This document shows positions 47,207 through 57,321 of a stretch of 64,000 nt of DNA, in pieces. The translations under genes were made by a program, and so were the position numbers. The notes beneath the pieces were generated by a model. That model ran no database searches. It worked only from the letters and a program-made list of their open reading frames with translations, and was not told the origin of the DNA. Each line of letters begins with the position of its first letter. Position 1 is the first letter of the stretch. This DNA comes from Thermoplasmatota archaeon (GTDB lineage Archaea; Thermoplasmatota; Thermoplasmata; UBA10834). Location of the stretch: NCBI GenBank assembly GCA_040751795.1, contig JBFMHR010000005.1, positions 1 to 64,000 on the forward strand, in the 5' to 3' direction.

Positions 47207-48550
47207 TCAGTCCGCGCGGTCCTTGTCGACCTTCTTGATGCACTCCTCGAGTATGTCCATGCCCGTCCAGAGCTGCTCCTCGGGTATGTTGAGGGGCGGG
47301 ATGTACCTCGTGACGGACTTGCCGCAGGGCAGGAGCATCAGGCCCTTCTTGAAGGCGAGCTCCGTGATCCGGTCCCGGCTCTTGGCCGCGTGCTTCTTGG
47401 TCTTCCTGTCCTGGACGAACTCGTGGGCCAGCATCATGCCGACGCCCCTCGTGTCGCCGATGATGTCGTACTTGTCCTGCATCTCGACGAGCCTCTTCTT
47501 GGCCTCCTTGCCGAGCTTGGTCGCGCGGTCCAGGAGCTTCTCCTCCTCGAGGACGTTCAGTGTGGCAATCCCTGCCGCGTGGGACAGCGACGCCCCGCCG
47601 AAGGTGTTGGAGTGCCTGCCGTACCTGTCGAAGTTGAGCTTCGCGTCGACGATGGTCGCGCCGAGCGGCAGCCCGCCGCCGAGCGACTTGGCGCTGCAGA
47701 TGATGTCGGGCGCGACGTCGAAGTGCTCGCAGGCCCACATCTTCCCGGTCCTGCCCATGCCGGACTGGACCTCGTCGTCGATGAAGAGGCACTTGTACTT
47801 CCTCGTCAGGTTGAAGACGCCCTGCACGAACTCCTTCGGGGGCACGACGTACCCGCCCTCGCCCTGGATGACCTCCATGCTTATCGCGGCGAGGTCGTTC
47901 GGCGGGATCTGGTTCTCGAAGTAGACGTCCTCGATCGCGCTGACGCAGCGCATCCCGCAGGACGGGTACTCGAGGTTGTACAGGCACCTGTAGCAGTACG
48001 CGTACGGGACGTGGAAGACGCCGGGCATCAGGGTGGCGGTGTAGCCCTCCCTCTGGACCCACTTGCTGGCCGTCAGCGACATCGCGCCGGCCGTCCTGCC
48101 GTGGAAAGCGCCCATGAAGTCCATCAGGACCTGCTTCCCCGTGGCCCTCTTGGCGATCTTGATCGCCGACTCGACCGACTCTGCGCCGGTGTTGGAGAAG
48201 AAGACCATCTTCTTGTTCTTCCCGGGGGCGGACTTGGCCAGCCTCTCGGCCATCTCGTTCTGCAGCTTGCAGTAGAAGTCCGTGCCCGCGACGTGCGTAT
48301 ACTTGTCGACCTGGTCCTTTATGGCGGCGACGACCTTCGGGTGCCTCGCCCCGACGTTCAGGACGCCCACGCCGGCGTAGAAGTCGATGTACTTGTTGCC
48401 GTCGATGTCCTCTATGACCGAGCCCTCGGCCTTCTTGAAGACGAGCGGCCAGGACTTGGTGGCCTTCACTATCCACTCGTCGTCCTTGGCTACGGCCTTC
48501 TTGGCCTCCGGTCCCGGCGGCTCCACTTTGATGTCTGGCACTTTGACCAT
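47207..48550 (-). CDS. Class III PLP aminotransferase (4-aminobutyrate/ornithine type)
   Basis: GAESVE, FHGRT, EVIQGEGG, DEVQSGMGRTG and SAKSLGGGLP. Confidence 0.92.
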   Translation of the reverse strand: MVKVPDIKVEPPGPEAKKAVAKDDEWIVKATKSWPLVFKKAEGSVIEDIDGNKYIDFYAGVGVLNVGARHPKVVAAIKDQVDKYTHVAGTDFYCKLQNEMAERLAKSAPGKNKKMVFFSNTGAESVESAIKIAKRATGKQVLMDFMGAFHGRTAGAMSLTASKWVQREGYTATLMPGVFHVPYAYCYRCLYNLEYPSCGMRCVSAIEDVYFENQIPPNDLAAISMEVIQGEGGYVVPPKEFVQGVFNLTRKYKCLFIDDEVQSGMGRTGKMWACEHFDVAPDIICSAKSLGGGLPLGATIVDAKLNFDRYGRHSNTFGGASLSHAAGIATLNVLEEEKLLDRATKLGKEAKKRLVEMQDKYDIIGDTRGVGMMLAHEFVQDRKTKKHAAKSRDRITELAFKKGLMLLPCGKSVTRYIPPLNIPEEQLWTGMDILEECIKKVDKDRAD

Positions 48551-48823
48551 CGTAGAACACTCCCTTGTGATGCCGTAAGCGAATGACTGATAAATCGATT
48601 ATGGTAATACACGAATCCCCGGCCCGAAAATAATCCGATTTCGAACATCTGGATACGATAACCGGAAGGTTCTCGGAGCCCGAGGCCCTCGTGCGCGCAC
48701 GGGAGGGCGGGGAGGAGGACTGGGCCGCGCCGTTCAGGCCGTCCCCACCACCAAGGCCGTCGCTCCCCCAAACGTATATAAAGGGGTCACATTTTAGGGG
48801 TTAACTCCGCCGAGGATGACTCC

Positions 48824-49000
48824 TTGAGGTACACTAGGTTTGAGAGGGCCAGGATTGTAGGCGCCCGAGCGCTCCAGATAAGCATGGGCTCGCCGGTCCT
48901 CATCGAGCTCAAGGACGAGGGCATCGTAGACCCCATAGAGATCGCGATACGCGAGTACGACATGGGCGTCATCCCGATGACGGTCAAGCGCGAGACATGA
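48824..49000 (+). CDS. rpoK: RNA polymerase subunit Rpo6 (K), not in the ORF track
   Basis: Translated by hand: [58 protein letters not shown]; TTG start; TATATAAA near 48776. Confidence 0.93.
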   Translation: MRYTRFERARIVGARALQISMGSPVLIELKDEGIVDPIEIAIREYDMGVIPMTVKRET

Positions 49001-49012
49001 CGAGGTATCACG

Positions 49013-49651
49013 ATGGATGATGAGGCCGTAGAGACGCAGCCACAGGAGGAGCAGACGAGCCAGCTGCTCATACCGGAGGAGGTCTACCTCACATCCGGAG
49101 TCCACATCGGCACCCAGCAGAAGAGCGCCGACATGAAGGAGTTCATCTTCAAGGTAAGGACCGACGGCCTGTACGTCCTCGACGTCAAGAAGACCGACGA
49201 CAGGATAAGGGTCGCGGCCAGCTTCCTCGCGAGGTACGACCCGGCGAAGATACTGGTCGTCTCGGCGAGGCAGTACGGGCAGAAGCCCGCCAAGGTCTTC
49301 GCGAAGACCCTGGGCGCGGCCGTGGTCGCGGGCAGGTTCGTCCCCGGCTCGCTCACCAACCCGATCCTCCCGCACTTCATCGAACCGGAGGTCATATTCG
49401 TCACCGACCCGGCGGCGGACGAGCAGGCCCTGAGGGAGGCCCTGAGCGTCGGCATACCGATCGTGGGCATCTGCGACGCCAACAACGAGACGAGGCACGT
49501 GGACCTCGTCGTGCCGTCGAACAACAAGGGCAGGCGCGCCCTCGCGACGGTCTACTGGCTCCTGACCAGGGAGATCCTGAAGGCCAGGGGCACGGTCAAG
49601 ACGGACGACGACTTCAAGATGACCGTCGACGACTTCGAGGCCTCGCTCTGA
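49013..49651 (+). CDS. rps2: 30S ribosomal protein uS2 (archaeal)
   Basis: [21 protein letters not shown] and [10 protein letters not shown]. Confidence 0.96.
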   Translation: MDDEAVETQPQEEQTSQLLIPEEVYLTSGVHIGTQQKSADMKEFIFKVRTDGLYVLDVKKTDDRIRVAASFLARYDPAKILVVSARQYGQKPAKVFAKTLGAAVVAGRFVPGSLTNPILPHFIEPEVIFVTDPAADEQALREALSVGIPIVGICDANNETRHVDLVVPSNNKGRRALATVYWLLTREILKARGTVKTDDDFKMTVDDFEASL

Positions 49652-49891
49652 GGCGTGTCGGGCCTGGCATTCTCCCGTTATCCGGGGAATCAATCATGAA
49701 CCACGCTGAAGGCTCACGGATGTGTTCTCCGCCAGCAAGGGATACGCACACGCATCACGGGTGAGCGTGATTCTCGCGCATGCTGCGACATTGCCCAAGG
49801 TCTGCGACAGCCCACGCAGCTGCGATCGGACCGCAGTTTTGTGGCAATAGTGATAAAATATATATGAATGGACTAACAATTATTGCACAGA

Positions 49892-50812
49892 ATGTACGCC
49901 CTGAACAAGAACGAGCTGCGCGTGTTCCGGCTCGTATGCGACGGCCATGGCTCGGTGACGGAGCTCAGTGAGGCCACCGGCTTATCGGTCATCTCCATCT
50001 ACAGGATAGTCCAATCGCTGTCATCGAAGAAGCTGGCGACGAGCCAGAGGCGCGGCAAGACCAAAGTGGTGTCCAGAAGCCTGCACGGCCACTCGAGGGC
50101 TCTGGCCACGTACCTCGAGGGGAACCTCCGGCCGATCGAACCGCTGATTGGCACGCGGCTCCTCGTGATGCTCTCCGCCTCAAGGAATGCGAAGGCGATG
50201 GAGAGGATCGCGAAGGAGACACGGCTCGCCGAGGAATCCGTGCGCAGGATCGTCTGGACGTTGAAGGGGTTCGGGGCGGTGAACCAGGAGGGCGACAGGG
50301 TCTCGGTACCTCCATCGGACATCGCCCTTACGCGGTTCCTGAGGGACTTCTCTGAGGGGGCCTGCGCCGCGTTCCTGGAGGACATAGCCTCGTCTGGAAC
50401 GATAATGTGGAGCGAGGGACTGCAGTTCATATTCGCCACCCGCGAGCCGTTCGATGCGCCGGGGGTGCGCGAGACGGCGATAACAGCGATGTCGCGGCAC
50501 GGACTCCAGTTCCTGTCGGACACCAGGTACGGGTACTACGCATACTGGAGGCCCAGCCTCGGGCCGGAGGACATTGCTCTGCACAATGTCCTGATAGACA
50601 CCAACAGCTCAAGGGGCATCGCGTACAGTCTGCTCTTCCTGCAGAAGATGGGCTACAGGGAAGGCTACCTGCGCAGGCAAGGGGACGCGGTGGGCGCGGG
50701 CGAGCTCACCGAGCAGATGGACCGGTACCTCGGCGGAGGGAATGTCGGGAACCCGTTCTTCCCGACGAGGGCCGACATGCGGGAGTTGCGCGAGCAATAC
50801 GGGGTGAGGTGA
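49892..50812 (+). CDS. Tandem winged-HTH protein, putative antitoxin/regulator
   Basis: N-terminal HTH (SVTELSEATGLSVISIYRIV) and a second HTH-like segment; translationally linked to the NTase gene. Confidence 0.7.
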   Translation: MYALNKNELRVFRLVCDGHGSVTELSEATGLSVISIYRIVQSLSSKKLATSQRRGKTKVVSRSLHGHSRALATYLEGNLRPIEPLIGTRLLVMLSASRNAKAMERIAKETRLAEESVRRIVWTLKGFGAVNQEGDRVSVPPSDIALTRFLRDFSEGACAAFLEDIASSGTIMWSEGLQFIFATREPFDAPGVRETAITAMSRHGLQFLSDTRYGYYAYWRPSLGPEDIALHNVLIDTNSSRGIAYSLLFLQKMGYREGYLRRQGDAVGAGELTEQMDRYLGGGNVGNPFFPTRADMRELREQYGVR

Positions 50813-50815
50813 ACG

Positions 50816-51643
50816 ATGCCTGCCCAGCTCGGGAGCGCCGAGGTCCTCTCAATCATGGAGAAGGCCGGGGCCATCTGCAGGAACGAGGTCCGGGCCTATA
50901 TGGTCGGAGGAGGGGCGATGGCCCTCAGGGGCGAGAAGGACGCCACGAAGGATGTGGACCTCATAGTGCGGTCTCCGGCCGAGGCGGAGGATCTCAAGAG
51001 GGCCTTCGAGTCCATGGGGTTCGCTGTCAACGCCAGAAAGCCCGAGGAGTGTCACGCGCTCGTCGACGCAACGATATTATCCGCCCCGACAGGGCTGCGC
51101 GCGGACATCTTCGTCGGGAAGGTATGCAACAGGCTCAGGCTCTCCGATGGCATGATTCGGAGAGCGGAGCTGGTGGACAGATGGGGAGGGATCACCCTGT
51201 ACATCTGCTCGAGAGAGGACATCTTCCTCCTCAAGAGCGTGACTGAGAGGTCGAGAGACCTCGACGACATGATCACGCTGTTCAGGAAGGGGCTGGACCG
51301 GGGCATAATCCTCGAGGAGTGCGAGGATCAGGCGGACCCCGCCGGTCTTGGCAATAGCAGCATCTGGGAGGCGTTCCTCCTGACCAAGGTAGAGGAGATG
51401 GAGAAGAGGCACGGAGTGAGCGTGCCCTGGAAGAGGGGCCTGAGGGCGAGGGCCGAGATGAAGCTGGGCGCTCAGCACCTGCTCAGGCTCGTCGGAGGAG
51501 GTGCGAGTACGATCAGGGACCTCGCGGCTGAGATGGGCGAGACGCCGGAGTTCGTCAGCAGATGCCTCCGCTACCTCGAGGAGACCGGCGAGATAGAGAT
51601 CGATAGGGGTGCCAGGCCTCACCGGGTCAGAGCGTCAGAGTAG
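50816..51643 (+). CDS. Pol-beta-superfamily nucleotidyltransferase (DUF6036/AbiEii-like) with C-terminal HTH
   Basis: GGGAM...ATKDVD, DIFLLK...RSRDLDD; C-terminal wHTH. Confidence 0.75.
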   Translation: MPAQLGSAEVLSIMEKAGAICRNEVRAYMVGGGAMALRGEKDATKDVDLIVRSPAEAEDLKRAFESMGFAVNARKPEECHALVDATILSAPTGLRADIFVGKVCNRLRLSDGMIRRAELVDRWGGITLYICSREDIFLLKSVTERSRDLDDMITLFRKGLDRGIILEECEDQADPAGLGNSSIWEAFLLTKVEEMEKRHGVSVPWKRGLRARAEMKLGAQHLLRLVGGGASTIRDLAAEMGETPEFVSRCLRYLEETGEIEIDRGARPHRVRASE

Positions 51644-51781
51644 AAGCCCCCTCGGAGGCGACCTCCGGTCATGGCGGAATCGACCATTTCCCGTTCATCG
51701 AGATACGCGACGGCCCGTTCCCGCTCCTCCAGAAAGCTATTATCCGGCCGCGGCTCTTATCGCCGTGGGGATGATGTCGTC

Positions 51782-52597
51782 ATGAGGCGTCCAGCAGTGG
51801 CCGGCCAGTTCTACGAGGGCGACGAGCGCTCGCTGAGGAAGCAGATAGACGCCTGCTACCTGGGACCGCTGGGCCCCGGGAGGCTGCCCGAGCTGAGGGC
51901 GGGCCCGAGGAAGGTCCTCGGGGGCGTCGCGCCCCACGCAGGCTACATGTTCTCGGGCATGGTCGCCGCGCACCTTTACTCCCGGATTGCCGAGGACGGC
52001 TTCGCCAAGACATTCGTGATCATAGGGCCGAACCACACGGGCCGCGGCTCGGGGATGGCGATGTCCCTCGACGACTTCGAGACCCCGTTCGGCGTCGCCA
52101 AGGTCGACCAGGTGCTCGCGCGCGCGATGAGGAGGGACCTGGTCGATGTGGACCCCGAAGCGCACCACTTCGAGCACTCCATAGAAGTGCAGATACCTTT
52201 TCTGCAACACATATCCAAGGACTTCAAGATCGTCCCCCTCTGCATGGGCTTCCAGGACTTCGAAGCATCCAGGGCGGTCGGCGAGGTCATACGCGACGCC
52301 GTCAAGGGGAGGGACGCGGTCGTCATCGCCTCCACGGACATGTCGCACTACGTGTCCCCCGGGACCGCTAAGGCCAAGGACGGCAAGGCGCTCAAGAAGG
52401 TCGAGGCCATGGACCCGAAGGGGCTCAGCGAGGTCGTGGGCGACGAGAACATCTCCATGTGCGGCTACGGGCCCGTGATGGCGACGATGGTCGCGTGCGG
52501 CGGCGGGAAGGCCAGGGTGCTGAAGTACGCGACGTCCGGGGACGTGCGCCCGATGGCGGACGTCGTCGGCTACGCGTCCGTGGTCATTGAGAAGTGA
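51782..52597 (+). CDS. MEMO1-family protein (AmmeMemoRadiSam protein B)
   Basis: RRPAVAGQFY, PHAGY, GPNHTG, EHSIEVQ, STDMSHY and SMCG. Confidence 0.93.
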   Translation: MRRPAVAGQFYEGDERSLRKQIDACYLGPLGPGRLPELRAGPRKVLGGVAPHAGYMFSGMVAAHLYSRIAEDGFAKTFVIIGPNHTGRGSGMAMSLDDFETPFGVAKVDQVLARAMRRDLVDVDPEAHHFEHSIEVQIPFLQHISKDFKIVPLCMGFQDFEASRAVGEVIRDAVKGRDAVVIASTDMSHYVSPGTAKAKDGKALKKVEAMDPKGLSEVVGDENISMCGYGPVMATMVACGGGKARVLKYATSGDVRPMADVVGYASVVIEK

Positions 52598-53175
52598 GGG
52601 GGGTCCTGACCATCAGACTGCCGTTCAAGCTGCCCCGGGTGACATCCGGGGCCGTGCTCCTGATGTTCGCCCTGACCGCGGTCTGGGCGGCGCTGGTCGT
52701 CCTCGCCCCGCTCATGGTCCCGGCGGGGACGCTGACCGACCTCTCTGGACGGGTGGGGTTCCACGACAACGACCTCCTCCTCGACGAGCTGTCTCCGCTG
52801 CCCCACGCGATCTACTGGATCGGCGACGCGGAGTGCCACCAGCTCGCCAACAGGAGCTTCTTCCTCAACGACAACCAGATGCCCTTCTGCGCGCGCGACG
52901 TCGGCCTCTTCGTGGGCCTCGCCCTCGCCTCGGGGGTCGTGACGTTCATAAGGTACAAGGTGAACCCGCTGCTGGTGCTCGCGGGCCTCGTCCCCATAGG
53001 CCTGGACGGGGGGATCCAGCTCGTGACGGAGTACGAGTCCAACAACCTGCTGAGGGTCGCCACGGGCCTGCTGGCCGGCGCGGCCCTGGCCCTGCTCATG
53101 GCCCACTTCGTGTTCGCCCTCCAGGAGGACAGGCCGCGGGACCGGACCGAGGGGAAGGACCCGCCGTGCCAGTAA
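52594..53175 (+). CDS. DUF2085-family membrane protein
   Basis: ECHQ...RSF...QMPFCARDVG, DGG.Q and SNNLLR..TG. Confidence 0.82.
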   Translation: MRGVLTIRLPFKLPRVTSGAVLLMFALTAVWAALVVLAPLMVPAGTLTDLSGRVGFHDNDLLLDELSPLPHAIYWIGDAECHQLANRSFFLNDNQMPFCARDVGLFVGLALASGVVTFIRYKVNPLLVLAGLVPIGLDGGIQLVTEYESNNLLRVATGLLAGAALALLMAHFVFALQEDRPRDRTEGKDPPCQ

Positions 53176-53263
53176 TCATGGATACCATTTAATAATTTTA
53201 AAACCCTCCAGGACTGGGACGGTGGGATATACCCACCGTCCCGGAGAATGGTGAGGTGGAGAG

Positions 53264-53596
53264 ATGACATCGGAACCGGGGGCCGCACCGACGAGGAACT
53301 GCGTATCCTGCGGCAGGGCGATCTCGTGGGACGCGAACGTATGTCCGTACTGCGGGCACGACTTCAGGGCCGCGCCGAGCTATGCACCGAAGGAGTCGAT
53401 CAGCGACGGCATGAAGATACTGCTGTACATACTGTCGTTCCTGTTCTTCATAATCGGGATCATAGTCGGCATAATCTACTACACGAAGCCGGAGCCCGAG
53501 CTGAAGGAGTTCGGCAAGATGTGCATAATACTCGCCGTGGTGGGTGCACTCATCGGGGGCCTGTGCTACTGCATAGGCTTCGCCGCGGTGCTCTGA
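53264..53596 (+). CDS. Zn-ribbon plus 2-3 TM protein
   Basis: RNCVSCGRAISWDANVCPYCGHDF followed by TM helices. Confidence 0.8.
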   Translation: MTSEPGAAPTRNCVSCGRAISWDANVCPYCGHDFRAAPSYAPKESISDGMKILLYILSFLFFIIGIIVGIIYYTKPEPELKEFGKMCIILAVVGALIGGLCYCIGFAAVL

Positions 53597-53690
53597 GGTG
53601 CGGCGGCGCCAAACCTCTTCCGCAAACCCCTCTTGCGTTTAACCCCCCTCTGCGAACTGTTAACTCCGGGCCGGGCCATCCAGGTCCCGG

Positions 53691-54362
53691 ATGGAAGCGT
53701 TCTTCGACCTCCTGACGTTCCTGGGCTCCTCCGTCTGCCACCAGATCGCCGAGCGCTCCTACACCTTCGGGGACCACCAGATGCCCCTCTGCGCCAGGTG
53801 CATGGGCATCCACGTCGGCTTCCTGGTCTCGGCGGCGCTCCTCTGGGCGGGTGCACTCCGGCACGCCTCGGGCCTGCCACGGATGCGCGACCTGGTCCTG
53901 CTCTGCGCCGTCATGTCCGTGGCCGTCGCCGACGCCCTTCTCTCCTATTCGGGCATCTCCCCCTCTGACAACCTGCGCAGGACGCTCAGCGGCCTATGCC
54001 TTGGCGTGGCTCTGCCGTTCATCCTCTTCCCGATCATGAACACGGTCCTCTCCCCGGGGCGCGACCCGCGCGGCCCGATATCGCGGCCCATCGACTGGCT
54101 CAGGCCCGCGGCAGCCTACGCGATAGGGGCGTCGGCCATCCTCGGGGCGCCGTCGGCCCTCGCCCTCTTCGCGGCCGTGTCGGCCGCCGGCGTCGTCGGC
54201 CTGTTCCTCACCTTCTCCTGCGGCATCATGACCATACTGTCGCTCGCCCTGGAGCGCAGGCGCATCGCCCCGAAGTGGCTCGCGCTCATGTCCATTGCCG
54301 TCGCGGCGTCGGCCCTGACGGCGTCTGCGCTGTTCCACAACACCTTCCTGCCCGACGTATGA
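53691..54362 (+). CDS. DUF2085-family membrane protein (second copy)
   Basis: VCHQIAERSY...QMPLCARCMG and SDNLRR. Confidence 0.8.
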   Translation: MEAFFDLLTFLGSSVCHQIAERSYTFGDHQMPLCARCMGIHVGFLVSAALLWAGALRHASGLPRMRDLVLLCAVMSVAVADALLSYSGISPSDNLRRTLSGLCLGVALPFILFPIMNTVLSPGRDPRGPISRPIDWLRPAAAYAIGASAILGAPSALALFAAVSAAGVVGLFLTFSCGIMTILSLALERRRIAPKWLALMSIAVAASALTASALFHNTFLPDV

Positions 54363-54474
54363 GGAGGGCGCCAGAGGCGGCGCGGGGTGGCACACCAGGG
54401 CAAGTGTTTTAAGGCACGGAAGGCGCTCTCAAACCAGCCGCGGCGGCACGGCCGCGGCGGAAAAGGTGGCATGA

Positions 54475-54921
54475 ATGACATCGACGCCTGCACAGGCCCC
54501 GACGAGGAACTGCGTCTCCTGCGGGAGGTCCATATCTTGGGATGCGAACGTTTGCCCGTACTGCGGGCACGACTACCGCGTGGTCATGGCGGGCGCCCCC
54601 CCGCAGAAGAAGGAGAGCGCCATGCCCGTGATTGGCGGGATACTGATACTGATCGTCGGCATCGCCTACCTGGGCATCGGCGGGCTGATCGCGGCCGCCG
54701 GCGGCTCCGTCCTCTGGATGGACATGGAGGGCTCCGAGTTCGCCGTCGCGTGCGGCGCGATCGTGCTGCTGCTCGGGGTCCTGGTGCTGCTGGGCGGGAT
54801 ATTCGCCATACAGAGGAGGCACTTCGGCCTGGCCCTGGTCGCGGGCATATTCGCCCTGCCCAGCGTCCTGGGGATCATAGGCCTGATCCTCATCATCGTC
54901 TCGAGGGAAGAGTTCCGTTGA
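54475..54921 (+). CDS. Zn-ribbon plus TM protein (paralog)
   Basis: RNCVSCGRSISWDANVCPYCGHDY, nearly identical to the 53264 protein but with a different TM part. Confidence 0.8.
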   Translation: MTSTPAQAPTRNCVSCGRSISWDANVCPYCGHDYRVVMAGAPPQKKESAMPVIGGILILIVGIAYLGIGGLIAAAGGSVLWMDMEGSEFAVACGAIVLLLGVLVLLGGIFAIQRRHFGLALVAGIFALPSVLGIIGLILIIVSREEFR

Positions 54922-54974
54922 GGCGGGCGTAGGCCCGAAACCCGACCGCACCTGGGCGCCCCGCGGCGCCCGGG

Positions 54975-55898
54975 TCAGATCCTCTTCATCATCCCGAGCT
55001 CCGGCTCGTAGACGTCCCCCTTGTCAAGGAGGCTCGCCACGACCTCCTCGAGCCTGACCTTGTCGATCTTCTTGGCCTTGGCCGCCTCGACGACCCTGTC
55101 CCAGGGGGCGCCCTTGCCCCCGGCGTCCAGCTTCTCGATGATCGCCAGGACGGTGCCCTCCTCGTCCGCGCCGACGCCGACCTCGGTCATCTCCCCCTCG
55201 GCCTCCTGCGCCTTCGGCGCGGCGGGGGCCGGGGCCTTCGCCTGCACGCGCGTGGCCGGCCTCTCCTCGCCGGACCACTTGCCCGGAAGGACGGACGAGA
55301 GCGCGTCGCGGACCGAGTCCCTGAACCTGTCGAGGTCGATGTCCTTGTAGTACTCGAGGGCGCGGACCACGCCGTCCGCCAGGTTCTCCGGGTATCCCAG
55401 CTTCATGAGCTCCCCCACGCTCGGCTGCGCCATCTGCATCGCGTCCTTCATGGCCGATATCCTCACCAGGGTGCTCTTCGCGGTCTCGAGTATCCAGTAG
55501 TCCCTCGCGGCCGCGTCCACCTCGACCACGCGCTCGGGCCTGATGCTCAGGTACTTGACGCCCTCCTCGGGGGTGTAGGCCCTGCTCTTCCCGACGATGG
55601 CCGCGAACGCGGGCGGGGACATCTTGGAGAGCGATGCCGCGGCGGCGGGCTGGTACTCGCCCGCAGATACGTAGAACGTTCCGGTGGGGTCCGCGATCCG
55701 GGCCCGGTACCTGGGCTTCCCCTCCTCGCCTATGCTCTCTATGTCCGTGGCGACGCCCACGACCAGCATGCGGTTGACCTTGGCCCCAAGCGGGGTGATG
55801 ACGTACGAGGTGGGCTTCTCCCCCTCGCCCGTGTACTCGAGCGTCGAGGAGTTGTACTCCTCGGAGAAGAGGCGCCACGCGACCTCGCGGGCGTTCAT
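54975..55898 (-). CDS. RPA-associated OB-fold protein (COG3390, RPA32-like)
   Basis: REVAWR, TPLGAKVNR, DPTGTF, YQP, C-terminal wHTH (YEPELG); ATGA-coupled to rpa. Confidence 0.87.
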   Translation of the reverse strand: MNAREVAWRLFSEEYNSSTLEYTGEGEKPTSYVITPLGAKVNRMLVVGVATDIESIGEEGKPRYRARIADPTGTFYVSAGEYQPAAAASLSKMSPPAFAAIVGKSRAYTPEEGVKYLSIRPERVVEVDAAARDYWILETAKSTLVRISAMKDAMQMAQPSVGELMKLGYPENLADGVVRALEYYKDIDLDRFRDSVRDALSSVLPGKWSGEERPATRVQAKAPAPAAPKAQEAEGEMTEVGVGADEEGTVLAIIEKLDAGGKGAPWDRVVEAAKAKKIDKVRLEEVVASLLDKGDVYEPELGMMKRI

Positions 55899-57214
55899 CG
55901 GCTCTCCTCCATCTCCACGAGGAGGCGCTCGACCTCGGCCCGCACGTCCTCCGTGCCGGCCGCGGCCTCGTTCACGATCATGGACAGGCCGTACTCGTCG
56001 GACGTGACGTTCCCGGTGAGGGTGAGGACCCTGAGCAGGAGCGCGTCCTCGACCATGTCCCTGACGACGTCGAGGTTCATGGACTTCTTGGCGGCCTCCA
56101 TGCACTCGTCCAGGGTGCGCCCTATGAGCCTCTCCGTGAGCTCCCGCCCCACGACCGCGCTCACCGCGCCGCTGCCGTCGTCGACGATGGTCTTGACCCT
56201 CAGGTCCGGGGTGCCGTCGACCCGGCCGTGGACCTTGCACGAGCCCTTCTGGAGTGCGCGCCTGCAGTCCGGGCACCTCATGATGAGGCCGGAGCCGTCC
56301 CTGACCTCTATCACCGCGCCCTTCACCGTCGCGTCGGCCGCGCCGCCCCTCGAGGCGACCTCGGATATCATCGACACCGCGCTCTTCTGGAGCTCCTCCG
56401 CCGACGGGAACTTCTCCTTGACCTTGAGGACCTCCGCCCGCTCGTCGAAGTTGAGCTGGGGTATGCCCCTCCAGCCCTTGACGGTGGCCTTGGAGATCCT
56501 GAGGATGTCCCCCTCCTTGACCTTGAAGTCGGACCAGGCGGTGAACTGGACCTTGCCGCTCTCGTCCGCGATGACGCCGGAGAAGATCCTCTTCTGCTCG
56601 CCCTTGACGGTCACGTCCCTCCCCTCCACGGAGAGGACGCGGCCCTTGACCTGGACGTAGCCCATGCCCTCCCTGAGCTCCGCCACAGTGGCGACCTTGG
56701 GAGGCCCGTCCGCCACCTGGACGTCCTTGATGGTCTCAGGGTCCTCCTTCCTGATGGTGACCCTGGTGCCGAAGTTGACCTGGACCCTCCCCTGGTACTC
56801 GCGGGTGTAGGCCCCCTTGACCGAGATGACCTCGCCCTTGGAGAGCTCCAGCCCCTCCGTCTCCCAGGCGGTGTAGGGCAGCGTCGTGGAGTCGTCCCCG
56901 ACGAAGCCGTAGATGATCCTCTTCTTCTCGCCCTTGGAGGTGATCTCCTTGCCGTTCGCGGACAGCACCTTGGCGACGAAGTCCACGTTGGGCTCGTTCG
57001 GCCTCAGCTCGGCGAGCTTCCTCTGGAACCCGACCGAGAAGGACTCCGGGTCCCCGCCGTGCTTCTTCACGATGGTCTTCTTGGCCATCGGGATGCTGAG
57101 CCTGTACACGTCGACGTACTTCCTCAGCTCCTCTTCGATCTCCTCTTCAGTCAGCTTGTCCCCGAGCGCCCTGGCGACTTCTTGTACGTAGGGCGCTAGA
57201 TTCTGTATCTCCAT
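55895..57214 (-). CDS. rpa: Replication protein A (multi-OB-fold, Zn finger)
   Basis: Repeated GD.S/ADESG..FTAW OB folds; CPDC...C.VHG Zn finger. Confidence 0.9.
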   Translation of the reverse strand: MEIQNLAPYVQEVARALGDKLTEEEIEEELRKYVDVYRLSIPMAKKTIVKKHGGDPESFSVGFQRKLAELRPNEPNVDFVAKVLSANGKEITSKGEKKRIIYGFVGDDSTTLPYTAWETEGLELSKGEVISVKGAYTREYQGRVQVNFGTRVTIRKEDPETIKDVQVADGPPKVATVAELREGMGYVQVKGRVLSVEGRDVTVKGEQKRIFSGVIADESGKVQFTAWSDFKVKEGDILRISKATVKGWRGIPQLNFDERAEVLKVKEKFPSAEELQKSAVSMISEVASRGGAADATVKGAVIEVRDGSGLIMRCPDCRRALQKGSCKVHGRVDGTPDLRVKTIVDDGSGAVSAVVGRELTERLIGRTLDECMEAAKKSMNLDVVRDMVEDALLLRVLTLTGNVTSDEYGLSMIVNEAAAGTEDVRAEVERLLVEMEESR

Positions 57215-57321
57215 GATACGTCCCCCAATGTTCAGGAGCAGCCGTTCGTCCCTGTGCTGCTCGCCTCATGACTGAGGCCCGGCGATATAAATGGATGCAC
57301 TGCGGGCAGGCGAAAGTACCT

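Noticed and set aside
49645-51665. Target-site duplication around the HTH-NTase insert
   Set aside because: Only a weak CTC[T/G]GAGGCG similarity, expected by chance at this GC content; no transposase or terminal repeats.
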